A stretch of 64,000 nt of DNA, taken from contig NC_043005.1 in NCBI RefSeq assembly GCF_006345805.1, positions 57,784,001-57,848,000 of the forward strand, written 5' to 3'. The stretch is from Octopus sinensis. Its lineage: Eukaryota. The notes under the pieces are model-generated. The model had not been told where the DNA came from, made no database searches, and saw only the letters and a list, made by a program, of their open reading frames with translations. Position numbers and translations under genes: made by a program. Within the stretch, counting starts at the first letter, position 1. Every line of letters begins with the position of its first letter. Shown here one piece after another: positions 40,700 through 53,090 of the stretch.

Positions 40700-40761
40700 C
40701 TTCTTATCTTCGAAAGTTCTGTTGCTGCTGAGATTTCTGTCCACATTTCTCCTGCTTTCAC
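40700..40761 (-). CDS. XPNPEP2: XPNPEP2-like exon
   Basis: tattag|...|gtaaat; 62 nt, phase 0-2; VKAGEMWTEISAATELSKIR(S). Confidence 0.9.
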
Positions 40762-41446
40762 CTAATAAATATATAAATAAATAAATTGTTTTGGACTAAC
40801 ATTATAAATCGTTATCATCAGGATTTAATGTCTGCTTTCCATATTGGCATGGGTTGGGCGGTTTCACAAGATCCGGTGAGCATTAGGGCTGCATAAAGCG
40901 CCAATGTTAGCTTTGGCGTAATTTTTTATGGCTGGATGCCCTTCCTAAAGTCAACCACTTTACATTGTGTAGTTGGTGCGTTTCTCGTGCCCCGGCACTA
41001 GGGAGGTCGCCAGCTAGCTTGAAAGAGAGGAACAGGAAAAGGGAAAAGGAAAAAAAAACTCTCGAGTACGTATGGAGTGGAGAGTATTTGAGAGAGGTAG
41101 ATGGATTTATGCCAGCTGTTGAGATGCGAATTTCAGACACACAGACAAACACAAATGCCTTGCTATAGAGAAGATATATTGTTACCCCACGTTATACTAG
41201 GGTGCAAAAGAGAAGCTGGGAAAGAAAATAAAAATGATAGAGATGAGCTGCCAGAGCAAACCCTCAAGTTACGAGGTGAGCATGAGCTATGATACGGACA
41301 CTGGATCAGAGGGTAGAGGAGAGGGTGGGTAGCTCCAAAAGAATGTATAGAGAGAGAAATATCTTTACAAAGAAAAGACTGACCTGTGAAATCAAAGCTT
41401 GAGTTAACTTGCTTTAATCCGACTGCAGAGTAATTTTGGTTCCCCA

Positions 41447-41448
<2 letters not shown>

Positions 41449-41481
<33 letters not shown>

Positions 41482-41494
41482 CGATAATAATGAC

Positions 41495-41530
<36 letters not shown>

Positions 41531-41546
41531 GATGACGATAATAATG

Positions 41547-41598
<52 letters not shown>

Positions 41599-41609
41599 CG
41601 ATAATAATG

Positions 41610-41666
<57 letters not shown>
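41449..41666. repeat. (ATA/ATG)n trinucleotide microsatellite at the SINE tail
   Basis: Directly visible. Confidence 0.95.
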
Positions 41667-41667
<1 letters not shown>

Positions 41668-42044
41668 GGCACAAGGCCTGAAATTTAGGGGGAGGGAACT
41701 AGTCGACCACATCGACTCCAATGTTTCACCGGTACTTAATTCATCGACCCCGAAAGGATGAAAGACAAAGTCAACTCTGGCGGAGTTTGAACTCAGAACG
41801 TAGCAACAGACGAAATACCTATTTCTTTACTACCCACAAGGGACTAAACACAGTGGGGACAAACAAGGACAGACAAACGGATTAAATCGATTATATCGAC
41901 CCCAGTGCGTAACTGGTACTTATTTAATCGACCCCGAAAGGCTGAAAGGCAAAGTCGACCTCGGCGGAATTTGAACTCAGAACGTAACGGCAGACGATAT
42001 ACGGCTACGCATTTCGCCCGACGTGCTAATGTTTCTGCCAGCTA

Positions 42045-42282
<238 letters not shown>

Positions 42283-43491
42283 AACAGACGAATGGCTTTT
42301 CTTGCACTGTTACACCTGTTTCATTAAGCGTCTTTATCATGACATAAACATGGTACAGTCAGGTATGTAGTCTGCACAACATTCATAATAGATGCATCGT
42401 AAGTAATTCACAACAAACACAGTTAATGGTTTTTAGAACATCGGCATCTTCCTTCCATAATGTTTTGATAGAGTTAAATGTCACACTTGGTACTTACTAT
42501 CTGATGGTATATACTCCTTTTTGTTTGTTTTTTTCAACCATACCAGCTGTTATGAACGATGTCGCTATGTTTACTAACATCTTTAGAGTAGATATACTTT
42601 TTAACTATTTTATAATTTACAAATTGGTTCTGCTATCCACCCTTTGTGATTGACTGACTGTTGTACCACCCAATTTACATCTCTTAAATGTTGGTAATTC
42701 TGGTTTGAAATTTCACCTTGTTGATGAACTGTAGATTCAACAAGATGTCGCTGCTCGCTTGTATATTTGGTAAGCTTGATGATTTGAGAATTGCGTATCG
42801 CATTACATAATCTTATGGATGTTGTGCATAAGACATATCTGATTGTACCATGTTTACGTTACAATAAATATTCTTAATGAACTAGTTGTACTAATATTAG
42901 ATCACCCATTCGTTTGTTTTTGTCATGTTTTTACACCACACCCATGCTTCATGTTTGTGCACTCTTGAATACTACTGGAGTTGCAGAATACCAAGCAGCA
43001 ATGAACTTCTCTTCATTAATGCATTCTGTGCTATTATTAAGGATTACTTACTTGTCTGATTTACGTTATTCTGTATCACTATTATCCGAGGCGCGCTTCA
43101 CTTTAGTATGCCGCCATTCCTATTAGATTCCCTTTAATCAAATCGATCTATCTACTTATCTTTCTATCATGATTTCGCCTAGACTTAGCGATACTAATGA
43201 CCTGTTTTAGAACTCATTATACTTATGCTTTAGAATAAATCGTTAGGCGAGTACAGTATATACTATTGTTGAATATAATATAGATTATTACACATATGTG
43301 AGTGAGAACACTTTAAGATATTTTTGGTATCTAACATATGTCAGATACTGCGAGCGCTGCTTCTGATTGGTCAATCCATGGTGATGACCCGAGGTCACGG
43401 TGACGGCACTACTTTGGTCATTCATAAGTTACAACTAAACGTGAAGATTTTAGTTATTGGGTTAATAAAATATGGTCGTTTATTCGTGTGT

Positions 43492-43655
43492 AATAAATAA
43501 AATACCAAACTCATTCCCTATGAATACCGTATTTATTACAACTCGTGGCTTGTAAACGTATCTAACTCGCTTTCGCTCGTTAGATACGTTTACAAGCCAC
43601 TCGTTGTAATAAATACGGTATCCATAGGGAACTCGTTTGGTATTCTCTATTTATT
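43492..43655. mobile_element. Palindromic hairpin MITE with symmetric internal loops
   Basis: Arms pair around the centre ctcgctttcgctc; ACTCG-type motifs at symmetric positions. Confidence 0.75.
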
Positions 43656-43761
43656 GAAAGATAAAGGAACTGGAACTACGTTACCAACTTCATTGGGTTA
43701 CGGCTGTTTTTGGTATAGATGCAGTGCATTGAGAATTGAATACTTTTGGGGACACACACAC

Positions 43762-43799
<38 letters not shown>

Positions 43800-43801
<2 letters not shown>

Positions 43802-45067
43802 TAAGGAAAAATTTTTTTAAAAATGCAGAATGCTCAAATGAAAGAAAATTTTAATAAAATGAGAAATTGATAAAATATATAAAAATATATATTTATTCAA
43901 CCGGTTTTCGTCATTGTATGACTTGTCAAGAATATTTATGTTTTAAGAAGTTTTTTAAAAATTAGAAAGGGGAAAAAAAGAAAATTTCATTGTTTTTTGT
44001 AAAAGAATAATGATAAAAATGTACAAAAATTAAAAATAAGTTCTCCGATACATTGTGAGTTCGTTGTGTATCTTGAGTTTTATGGTTGTTTACGAAAAAA
44101 TTACCTTGAGGTGTTAAGATCCAAAGGGATTAAGAGCATGTGTTGTGTTGTGTGTTAAATTCAGCATGTTTGCAGGACAGGAAGTAGTAGTAATTGTGGT
44201 CCTGGTTCTTCAGTTCCTGTGTTGTGAGTAAGGGGAGACAACTCTTTTGAGTTCTTCAATGAAAAATTCCAAACACAACTTAATATGCAAACTCCTCGTT
44301 GATCAAACTTCCTTTCTCTACCTCACTCTTCATGGATGGACTAACACAAATATATAAAGATACCATGCATTCATCACTTCAAGCTAAAACTTATATTCTT
44401 TAAATATCATTTTTACTATTGTTGTTATTACTATCATTTTTATTATAAATGATATGACAATTTGAAATGCAATTGTCTATGCAGATTTATATTATTAGAA
44501 AATAATATAAATAAAGTGTTAAAATCTGAAAGTTAAGTTAACAAGCAATTATATAAAAAAGATAATGCAAATGAAGCTAAAATGATAGTTTTATAATTTG
44601 GGTTTTATTGAAGAACTCAAAAGAGTTGTCTCCCCTTACTCACAACACAGGAACTGAAGAACCAGGACCACAATTACTACTACTTCCTGTCCTGCAAACA
44701 TGCTGAATTTAACAACACAACACAACACATGCTCTTAATCCCTTTGGATCTTAACACCTCAAGGTAATTTTTTCGTAAACAACCATAAACTCAAGATACA
44801 CAACGAACTCACAATGTATCGGAGAACTTATTTTTTAATTTTTGTACATTTTTATCATTATTCTTTTACAAAAAACAATGCAATTTTCTTTTTTTCCCCT
44901 TTCTAATTTTTAAAAAAACTTCTTAAAACATAAATATTCTTGACAAGTCATACAATGACGAAAACCGGTTGAATAAATATATATTTTTATATATTTTATC
45001 AATTTCTCATTTTATTAAAATTTTCTTTCATTTGAGCATTCTGCATTTTTAAAAAAATTTTTCCTTA
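43800..45067. repeat. Long inverted repeat: arms of about 465 bp, spacer of about 340 bp
   Basis: 43800-44265 is a near-exact reverse complement of 44604-45067; each arm holds a degenerate hammerhead motif. Confidence 0.92.
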
Positions 45068-45149
45068 CTTATCATTTCTCCACGTGCGGTCAACACAACC
45101 CCACCATTTATTGATCTATATATATATATATTATATATATATATATATA

Positions 45150-45420
45150 AAATAGTAAAAAGTGAGAAAACTACAGAAGGCTTGTTTTAAAAGGTTAAAA
45201 AATATATTTGAGTCATTATGTCAGAAGAATGTTATAAAATTTTTTCATAGAAATTACCAGTTTCGTGTTAACTTTTCAAGTTACACGAAACCGGTAATTT
45301 CTTCAAAAACTATGTCACTGTATGAAAAAATTTTATAACATTCTTCTGACATAATGACTCAAATATATTTTTTAACCTTTTAAAACAAGCCTTCTGTAGT
45401 TTTTTCACTTTTTACTATAT
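45150..45420. repeat. Fold-back element with nested hairpin; related sequence at about 62070-62200
   Basis: Outer arms of about 110 bp plus inner gaaattacc.gtttcgtgt...acacgaaaccggtaatttc hairpin. Confidence 0.85.
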
Positions 45421-45457
45421 ATTCAACCACGTGCTTTCACACACCAACTTTCTCACC

Positions 45458-45494
<37 letters not shown>

Positions 45495-45819
45495 AACAAC
45501 TTTTCTTTCAAGCATGTTCAAGATTGGTGTATTTGATTCAAAACTTTTCGTATTTCCTTAGTTATTTATGTGTCGTTTCGAATAATAATGTTTCTTAATT
45601 CGTTTGAACAAATGTTTTGAGACCTTGTAATTTAATCTGTAAATTATCCGTCTGAAAATATGGTTTTGGAAATTTCGAAAAATCAGACCAACAGATTTAA
45701 GAGCATTATAGTTCTTATGCATATATAAAGAACCAATAAGGAAATATGAATAATTTCTAATAAAAAAGATCGAAGTTTAAGACATATATACAAAAATATT
45801 CAACCCACCCAAATATATA

Positions 45820-45868
<49 letters not shown>

Positions 45869-45904
45869 ATATGTATTAAATTACTTTGTTTTTCTTTCAC
45901 TTAC

Positions 45905-45955
45905 CTCTCTCTCCAGTTTTTGTACAAAGTCTATTAAAGCGACAGCATCTTTAAT
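45905..45955 (-). CDS. XPNPEP2: XPNPEP2-like exon
   Basis: ttcaag|...|gtaagt; 51 nt; IKDAVALIDFVQKLERE. Confidence 0.93.
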
Positions 45956-46643
45956 CTTGAAAGAAAAACAAAAATAAAAAATAATTGTACAAACAAGAAT
46001 ATTTTGTTGTATCATGGGAGGGTCATTTTGCCAAGAAAAACACAGGCACTGATGTTATATTTCATTTAATTTTAATAGTTGATTAGTTGACTTATTAAAC
46101 ATTTAACTTATTGGTCGCTTGTCTAATCGCTTGATCAATCAGATTAGCTGTTCTGACAAAACAACTGATTAATTAAACGATTGGTCAAGGATTGGTTTAG
46201 TTAAAAGGTTAATTAGTTGACTAACAACAATAAAAGGAGGAAAATATAACCAGTGCGTGTATTGCCATTGGCAAAAAGATCTTCCCACAATATGACGATG
46301 TCGGTTTCAACTCGCGATTTTTCGCACCATGAATCTGGCAAAACAAATTCTAAACTGAAATAAATATATTTTATTAGCAGAAAATATATAAGTAAACAGA
46401 ATTTAGATTTATAGCTTTTTAATGAGCTGTCATTTAAATGATCTGTCCAAAAATTATTAATGATTGTGATGTTATTTGCATCGTAAAAAGTTATAATAAC
46501 AATAACAATAATAATGGTAAATTTCAAAAATATTTAATTAAACTAATATACGGAAAACTGTAAATTAGTTTGATAATTAATGAAATACCTCATTAAATCA
46601 GATACAGAAATCATTCACACAAAAAACAACCACGATATTATTA

Positions 46644-46740
<97 letters not shown>

Positions 46741-46844
46741 TGATAGAAATGGTAAGACAACAAAAAGATGAAAGAGACCTCGATATTATGTAAATAGACC
46801 GATTTATCTATAAATGTCATATATGACAATTATTCGGTAGCCAT

Positions 46845-46905
46845 GATAAAACTCCGAGTTTCGGATGTCGGGGTGGAAATCCACGCCGCCATCTCTTCAG
46901 TTATC
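46845..46905 (-). ncRNA. Type I hammerhead ribozyme motif (left arm, minus strand)
   Basis: GATAA CTGAAGA GATG...CATC C GAAA CTCGGAG T T TTATC; Watson-Crick stem I and GATG/CATC stem II. Confidence 0.7.
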
Positions 46906-46945
46906 CGGCCATCGGAAAAAAAAAAGATTTTTTTTTCGATGGCTG

Positions 46946-47006
46946 GGTAACTGAAGAGATGGAGGCGTGGATTTCCACCCCGACGTCCGAAACTCGGAGT
47001 TTTATC
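46946..47006 (+). ncRNA. Type I hammerhead ribozyme motif (right arm)
   Basis: GGTAA CTGAAGA GATG-...GTGGATTTCCAC...-CGTC C GAAA CTCGGAG T T TTATC; stems I-III form, GUU triplet. Confidence 0.65.
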
Positions 47007-47101
47007 ATGGCTACCGAATAATTGTCACGTATTACATTTATATATATGTATATATATTTATATATTGTAACAGTGAATCACGAAGCAGATGAAGCTATAT
47101 A

Positions 47102-47266
47102 AATAATAGCGTGTAAATATTGGTTTGCAAAATCCTTGGTTCGAAAAAGTCGAAGGCTGGCAGTGGAACATGAATTCACATCTGAAAACATGACAGGTTT
47201 TCCACCATCGCCTTCGACTTTTTTTAGCCAAGAGGTTCTGAATTCAGCGTTTGTACGCTATTATTA
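47102..47266. mobile_element. Imperfect hairpin MITE; related partial copies near 14290 and 58510
   Basis: aataatagcg...aaaagtcgaaggc / gccttcgactttt...cgctattatt arms. Confidence 0.55.
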
Positions 47267-47789
47267 ATACCTTAATCAACTTTGAGATACACAGTTCAAA
47301 AAGGGGAAAAAATATTTCACGTTGTTTCGAAGTTTACACATTCTTATAACGTCAGCAATGTGTGTGTGTGTCTGTGTGTGTGCGTGTGTGTAAGTATCTG
47401 GTTAAGAAGTTCCTTTTGCAGCTACATGCACACACATACACACTATGTATACATAACGGCCTGTCTATTATTACTATTATTATGTATATAGACGCATACA
47501 CACACATGTTAACCTGTCAATAAAATTTTCTCTTAACATTCTACCAGGTTGTGTCTCTCTTTTCCTTCTGGCACTTGTACTTATTCATACTTTTCGTATT
47601 TATTGTAATCGACCGTGTGGTGTACTAAGGGAGCCATTCTCGCCACCTCTCCTTTGCACGGTCGTTTACACATTCGTAGCACTTTTGGCAAACAGTGCTA
47701 GAAGCCCAGTGGAGGTGATTATTGTTGTTCTTTAGTGATAGACGTAGCTGACACCCGATTTAACACCCAAGTTGTGTACCGTTCAAGAA

Positions 47790-47993
47790 TTTGGACCTGA
47801 AGATCTCCATTTCCAGCGACTTCGAGGACCACCTCCCAATAGTGTCGGGCGTCAACGAAGAGCCCTCGACTACAACAAGACGACCAAAGTTTGTTTTTTT
47901 TCCAAGGTCTGGGGTCTCCCGCCCCTAAGCCCTAGACCATCACCTAATCACCCTTACCCGTCTTGTTGCTTAGCAACAACAACAACAACAACC
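47790..47993 (+). mobile_element. LINE-like 3' end with (CAA)n tail; near-identical direct copy at 48897-49098
   Basis: About 200-bp block agaatttggacctg...cccgtcttgttgcttagcaacaacaac occurs twice. Confidence 0.75.
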
Positions 47994-48014
47994 TGACTCG
48001 TGCTGTTGCTGATG

Positions 48015-48062
<48 letters not shown>

Positions 48063-48071
48063 AATACTCAC

Positions 48072-48158
48072 ATGTGCATTCTCCATGCCTTTACGTTCAA
48101 CATCATTTTTGACAGCTTTCATCTTGGCAACTGGTGATAGTGTCATAAATCTTTGGTC
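48072..48158 (-). CDS. XPNPEP2: XPNPEP2-like exon
   Basis: tttcag|...|gtgagt; 87 nt; DQRFMTLSPVAKMKAVKNDVERKGMENAH; SP...KAVKN..E..GM..AH motif. Confidence 0.96.
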
Positions 48159-48184
48159 CTGAAAAAAGGAAAATATGTATGTAC

Positions 48185-48281
<97 letters not shown>

Positions 48282-49259
48282 GAGAGAGAGAGAGAGAGAG
48301 AGTTTACGAAAAAAATCAAAAGACGAAGACAGGTGGTATACAAAACAAACAGATGTATTAGTATAACGTTCAGGAATAGAAAAAAGTCTTTTACGTTTCG
48401 AGCCTACGCTCTTCTACATTGGTTTATATATATATAAACCAAAGATACACAGTGTAAAAGAACTGCCAGAGAGGATTTAGAGAGAGATTTATTAACACAA
48501 TGGCAATTTTAAAATGTCGACGGAATATGTGGGATATTCTTTTCTATTTTATTTTGAAATGGCTTAATCAGTGGAGGAATAGTAGCTTCTGCGAACCTTT
48601 ATAGGAACCCGAGAGTAGTGGGAGAAAAAAGCTATTTTCAAAATCCTCAAACCAAGGACCTGTCCCAAAGGCCTTCAGTACAGGGGACAGCAGAATGTAC
48701 CAAATAACCACGTGGTATTGTTCAGTATGTTGGAATAAGTCTTCCATCTAAAAGGTAGGATGGTCTTATAAACAGGCTTCAATACAATTTTTCACTATCA
48801 AAAATTTCATTCACAAAAATTTGGTCAACATCCAAAATGCAGTGCGATGGTATTGAAACCAAAATGGAACAACGGAGCCATACTTAGATAGAGCTGTTGA
48901 AGAATTTGGACCTGGAGATCTCCATTAGCAGTGACTTCGAGGGCCACCTCCCAGTGGTGTCGAACGTCAACGAAGAGCCTTCGACTACAACAAGACGACC
49001 AAAGTTTGTTTTTTTCCAAGGTCTGGGGTCTCCCGCCCCTAAGCCCTAGGCCATCACCTAATCACCCTTACCCGTCTTGTTGCTTAGCAACAACAACTAC
49101 TTAGATAGAAGTTCGTTTTGCTACGATAGAGTCCTGGGGTTCGACCATAATGCACAACACCTTCATGTAAGAAGTTTTTTTTCTATTACCATAGCATCGG
49201 ATCGACAGAAGTCCTGTAATAGAAATTTAGTGGGTGAAATCTGAACGGAAGCTCATTCT

Positions 49260-49350
<91 letters not shown>

Positions 49351-49907
49351 GAAAGATGAAGATAGTATTCATCTGATTCAATAGCTTTCCGTTTCACACC
49401 ACATTATGCATAAATGATTATGCGTGATAAATTACACAAGACTTGCTTAAGATATAGAAGGCTGAACATGTGAGGAATGGAATCCTCATCAGATGCTTAT
49501 TAAACTAGTTTATAACAACTGATATGCTAAAAGGATATTTTCTGTGGCTTATACATTGAAAAGGTGAATGCACATGGTGTAGTGGTTAAGGTATTGCACT
49601 CATGACCTAGTAAATTGTGGGGTCGATTCCCGGATCGAGCGGCGCGTTGTATTTTTGAGCAAAACACTTCATTTCACGTTGTTCCAGTCCACTCAGCCGT
49701 AAATGAGTAACCCTACGACAGATAGACTTCCGATAGGCGGGGATGTTGGCCTGCTCACCTAGCCAGCGAAGTGACACCATTCAAAAGCTACAACAATGCG
49801 AAACGCATTGTGACTGGCGATGTATAACAACATCCGATAATCTGGTCGGTACCGTGATACCGTTACATATTGAAAGCAACAAAGAAAAGTACCTATAACA
49901 ATACTTA

Positions 49908-50895
49908 CTTTATTGATCACACGGGCAGCAGAAAAAACATTACATTTAGAAAAATACAAAGACATGAACACGCGTAAACACTAAAAGCTAATAACAATTA
50001 ACCAGAAAATTATAACAAAATTTCCCAACTGGGGTGAAACACCACTCAGAGGCGACCAAGCAGCCCCACAGATCCCGAGTCATCATTCTCACCAGGCGGA
50101 CCACGGCAAGTGCTCTTCTCTTCCTACTTTTCAGCCCACATGTGCATTCTTAGAGTAGGTTCATTCATTCGGGAAATTCTCACGACATATCATCCATCTT
50201 TTAACAAATTTGCTGGGCGTAGGTACCACCTCACTCTCCACTCTCCCTTTTCTTTCCAAGTGGAACTCGAAAAGTTGTTGGGGGCTTGGTCGAAAAGGAA
50301 AGTGTCTGCCTTCAGCCCTTTCAGTTGCATTAACTACACAACCTCTTTCGTCAAAGTCTCCAGACAGCGGAAAACTGTTTGCCCTTTCATGGCAAAGAAA
50401 GGCGGTGAGGTGATCTTCAAAATGGGATTGGTCAATAACTGGTTCTTTCCTACAGCTTTTAGACAAAGCACCACAATTCAGCAATGCTCGAGTTCAGTAC
50501 GGTACGTTCAAGACAGTTTCTTCGCTCTGTGTGATTCTCGACAGGCACAGTTGACGGCACTGCTGTGCCTAAAGGATTTATCCCAAACCAGTAATGCTAC
50601 TTTACTGAAACACCGCCAGGTCAGGGATTTCTGGAAATCATCCGGGGCTCCCGGTGCAAAAGTCCTCCGGAAAAGACCAGCTACTTGATTTTCATCGACG
50701 TCCAGAGTTTCTCCAAGGACATCGTCGTTCTTACCTACCATTAATTTTCTACGGGACACCATGATAGACCATCGATCGATCGCCTTGTCAAACTGATAAA
50801 CATTTGGACCTGGTTTGCGTCCATCTTCCCCTCACCTGTCAAGGAAGCTCCAAAAGGGATCATTGCTCACAATCCTCTTCCTCTTGTCCAAACGA
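49908..50895 (-). mobile_element. Tx1/L1-type LINE 3' fragment
   Basis: FQKSLTWRCFSKVALLVWDKSFRHSSAVNCAC (zf-RVT-like) followed by a Cys/His-finger-like region; 3' end gtgtgatcaataaa. Confidence 0.7.
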
Positions 50896-51639
50896 TAGGA
50901 AGTTGATGAAATAATGCCTCAATATATTGCTGGTAATTATTTTATACCCGCAGGAAAATGAAAGCCAGAGTAAGACTTGGCGATACCTTTTATTCGTTTA
51001 TTAGAAAAATGTGTATCCATGATGCTTGCAGGCCCTCCGAGGCTGATCAAACAGATAAAAATGATGACCATCTTGTAGAATTGCAAGTTGACGATTGCAG
51101 GAAAACTATGGGGGCCGGAAAAAGTGTTCAGAGGTTTTAGCTGTGGCTGTTCATGTTAACATTTCATATTCACTCCAATAATGTTTATCCACATATAACA
51201 AATTTTGTATCGTGCCAAGTAATTTTACTCAGAATACCTCCAGTTGCATTAATAACAGCATACTGTAAATTGAAGAACCCTTGTTTTCCATAAAGTTCAG
51301 TTTTCGATGGAGTTGTTGTTACAAAAAATGTCGTCGTGAAGATACCATACTCGTGACGGGTGTTAGGAGACAATAGGGAATTGTATCGAGCGGTCATTAG
51401 GTGAAACGCCACTAGCTAGCTCTCAGGAGTAAATTATGTCAGGGGTAGAAAAGACAGAATGAGAACATAGTGCATCTGTAGGCTGGAGTTGGAAGTATAT
51501 TAGCGAGTGATTCCATGCCAGTCAGTGGATACTTTAATAGTATTCACCCTACTAAAACATTCGAAATAGAGTTTTGATCTGTGGTTAACTTAATATGTTG
51601 ATGCTTTTCAGGAAAATAATCTAATTTAAAATTTGCCAC

Positions 51640-52240
51640 ACACAACTTAGACTTCTCCACGAATATAACCAGGAATTTTGTATCCCTTGTAAGACACATT
51701 TCTTACCTACCCACAAGTATTATAAGTTCTTTAATGCACACAATGTTAAGGTTAACTATTTTTGCCTAGGCAACATCTCTTCCGTCAAAGAAGGAATGTT
51801 GTCCGGGCCACAATTGAAAATCCACATCTACGTGACTTTCTACAAAACAATAACTGTAATCCTATGTCGAAATCAATTCGCTTAGCTCTTGAGGGGTTTT
51901 CTTGTATCTCCAAAGAGCATAAGTTAGGCCACCTGAAGGTATCCGGAGGAACGGCACTGGGCTCAGTGTTAACGTACACTACAGTTAACATTTGTACATT
52001 AGAAACAGACAAAACTCTAATTCTCTGCTCGGAATTATCTCGAAGCTTGGGGATGAAAGACAATCTCCCAATTTTAACTTGAATATTTTAACAAAGCTAC
52101 AACTTATTCCAGCGGATCACGTCACTATAGATTTTGCCAGAGAAGTTCCATATACTAAAACAGCTTATGGTCTGCAACTTCGTAACTTCACTACCCTTTT
52201 GTCTCCAAAAATGGTTAAATACCTGCTAGGAAGAGTATAA
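51640..52240 (+). pseudogene. Penelope-like RT-end/GIY-YIG remnant
   Basis: THFLPTHKYYKFFNAHNVKVNYFC resembles PLE HK..KIFN...VKVSYSC; NNCN...LEG..C follows. Confidence 0.55.
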
Positions 52241-52614
52241 GACATTGTTACAAAGTAGAATTAACCACGGCGTATATTTTTTTAAGGATTTGTGGCAGCT
52301 TCATTTTTAACTGTAATCTCGAAGAAATATGACAGTAGCGACGAAACAACAGAAATGACAACGGTGGTCTAACATAGGTGAGACTATGCAGCCAGTCGAC
52401 TTGCGAGATACAACAACCAAATACCCTTACAATCTCACTTTAAACAGAAAAGACATGTAGATCAAGGATTTCCTAGATGTACAAGAAAAAAAAGCAAAAA
52501 AAACAACAACAGGATGTGGTCAAAACTGAAATACTTTTGGCCTTATGCCTGCTTGATCGGATTTTACGTAAGTCTAAATGACAACAGTAAAATGTTTTTA
52601 TATAACTGACTTAC

Positions 52615-52728
52615 CTCAGGAATTAAGTTGTAGATGGCATAATTGCACGCTTCAGGGATCCATATTTTGCGGTGTAAATTATAGACCAATTCTTTGATGT
52701 CTTTAAGAATAGCATTGTAATTCAAAAC
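52615..52728 (-). CDS. XPNPEP2: XPNPEP2-like exon
   Basis: ttctag|...|gtaagt; 114 nt; VLNYNAILKDIKELVYNLHRKIWIPEACNYAIYNLIPE. Confidence 0.92.
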
Positions 52729-52754
52729 CTAGAAAAATAGAAAAAAATGTAATT

Positions 52755-52817
<63 letters not shown>

Positions 52818-52819
52818 TG

Positions 52820-53090
52820 CCCTGATGCGGTACGAGGCAGTGGATCTCGTGGCTTCTGATCTTAACTGATTGGGAGTGTTATCATGTACATTGCTTTGTC
52901 TTGGTATAAAAGATGGGCTACAGCAAATATTCTGCCTAATACCACAGATTTGCTTGTCAGTTGTTTGACCTTAACCAATTGAGTATGTCCCTTAGGGGCT
53001 GACTATATGTGCATCTCTGATCATGAGCAGAAATAGTAGGGGAGCATCTTGCCGTGTTTTGAAAGGAATTCTTGGAGGTGAAACATTAAC
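52820..53090 (-). mobile_element. Retroposon 3' portion ending in an (ATT)n tail
   Basis: Non-coding block abutting the (AAT)n array at about 52757-52817. Confidence 0.45.

Larger units (their letters stand above)
46824..47027. repeat. 204-bp near-perfect palindrome
   Basis: tgacaattattcggtag...ctaccgaataattgtca with an A/T-run centre. Confidence 0.95.

Noticed and set aside
42400-43130. Coding-like decayed sequence
   Set aside because: No recognisable domain in any frame that I could read.
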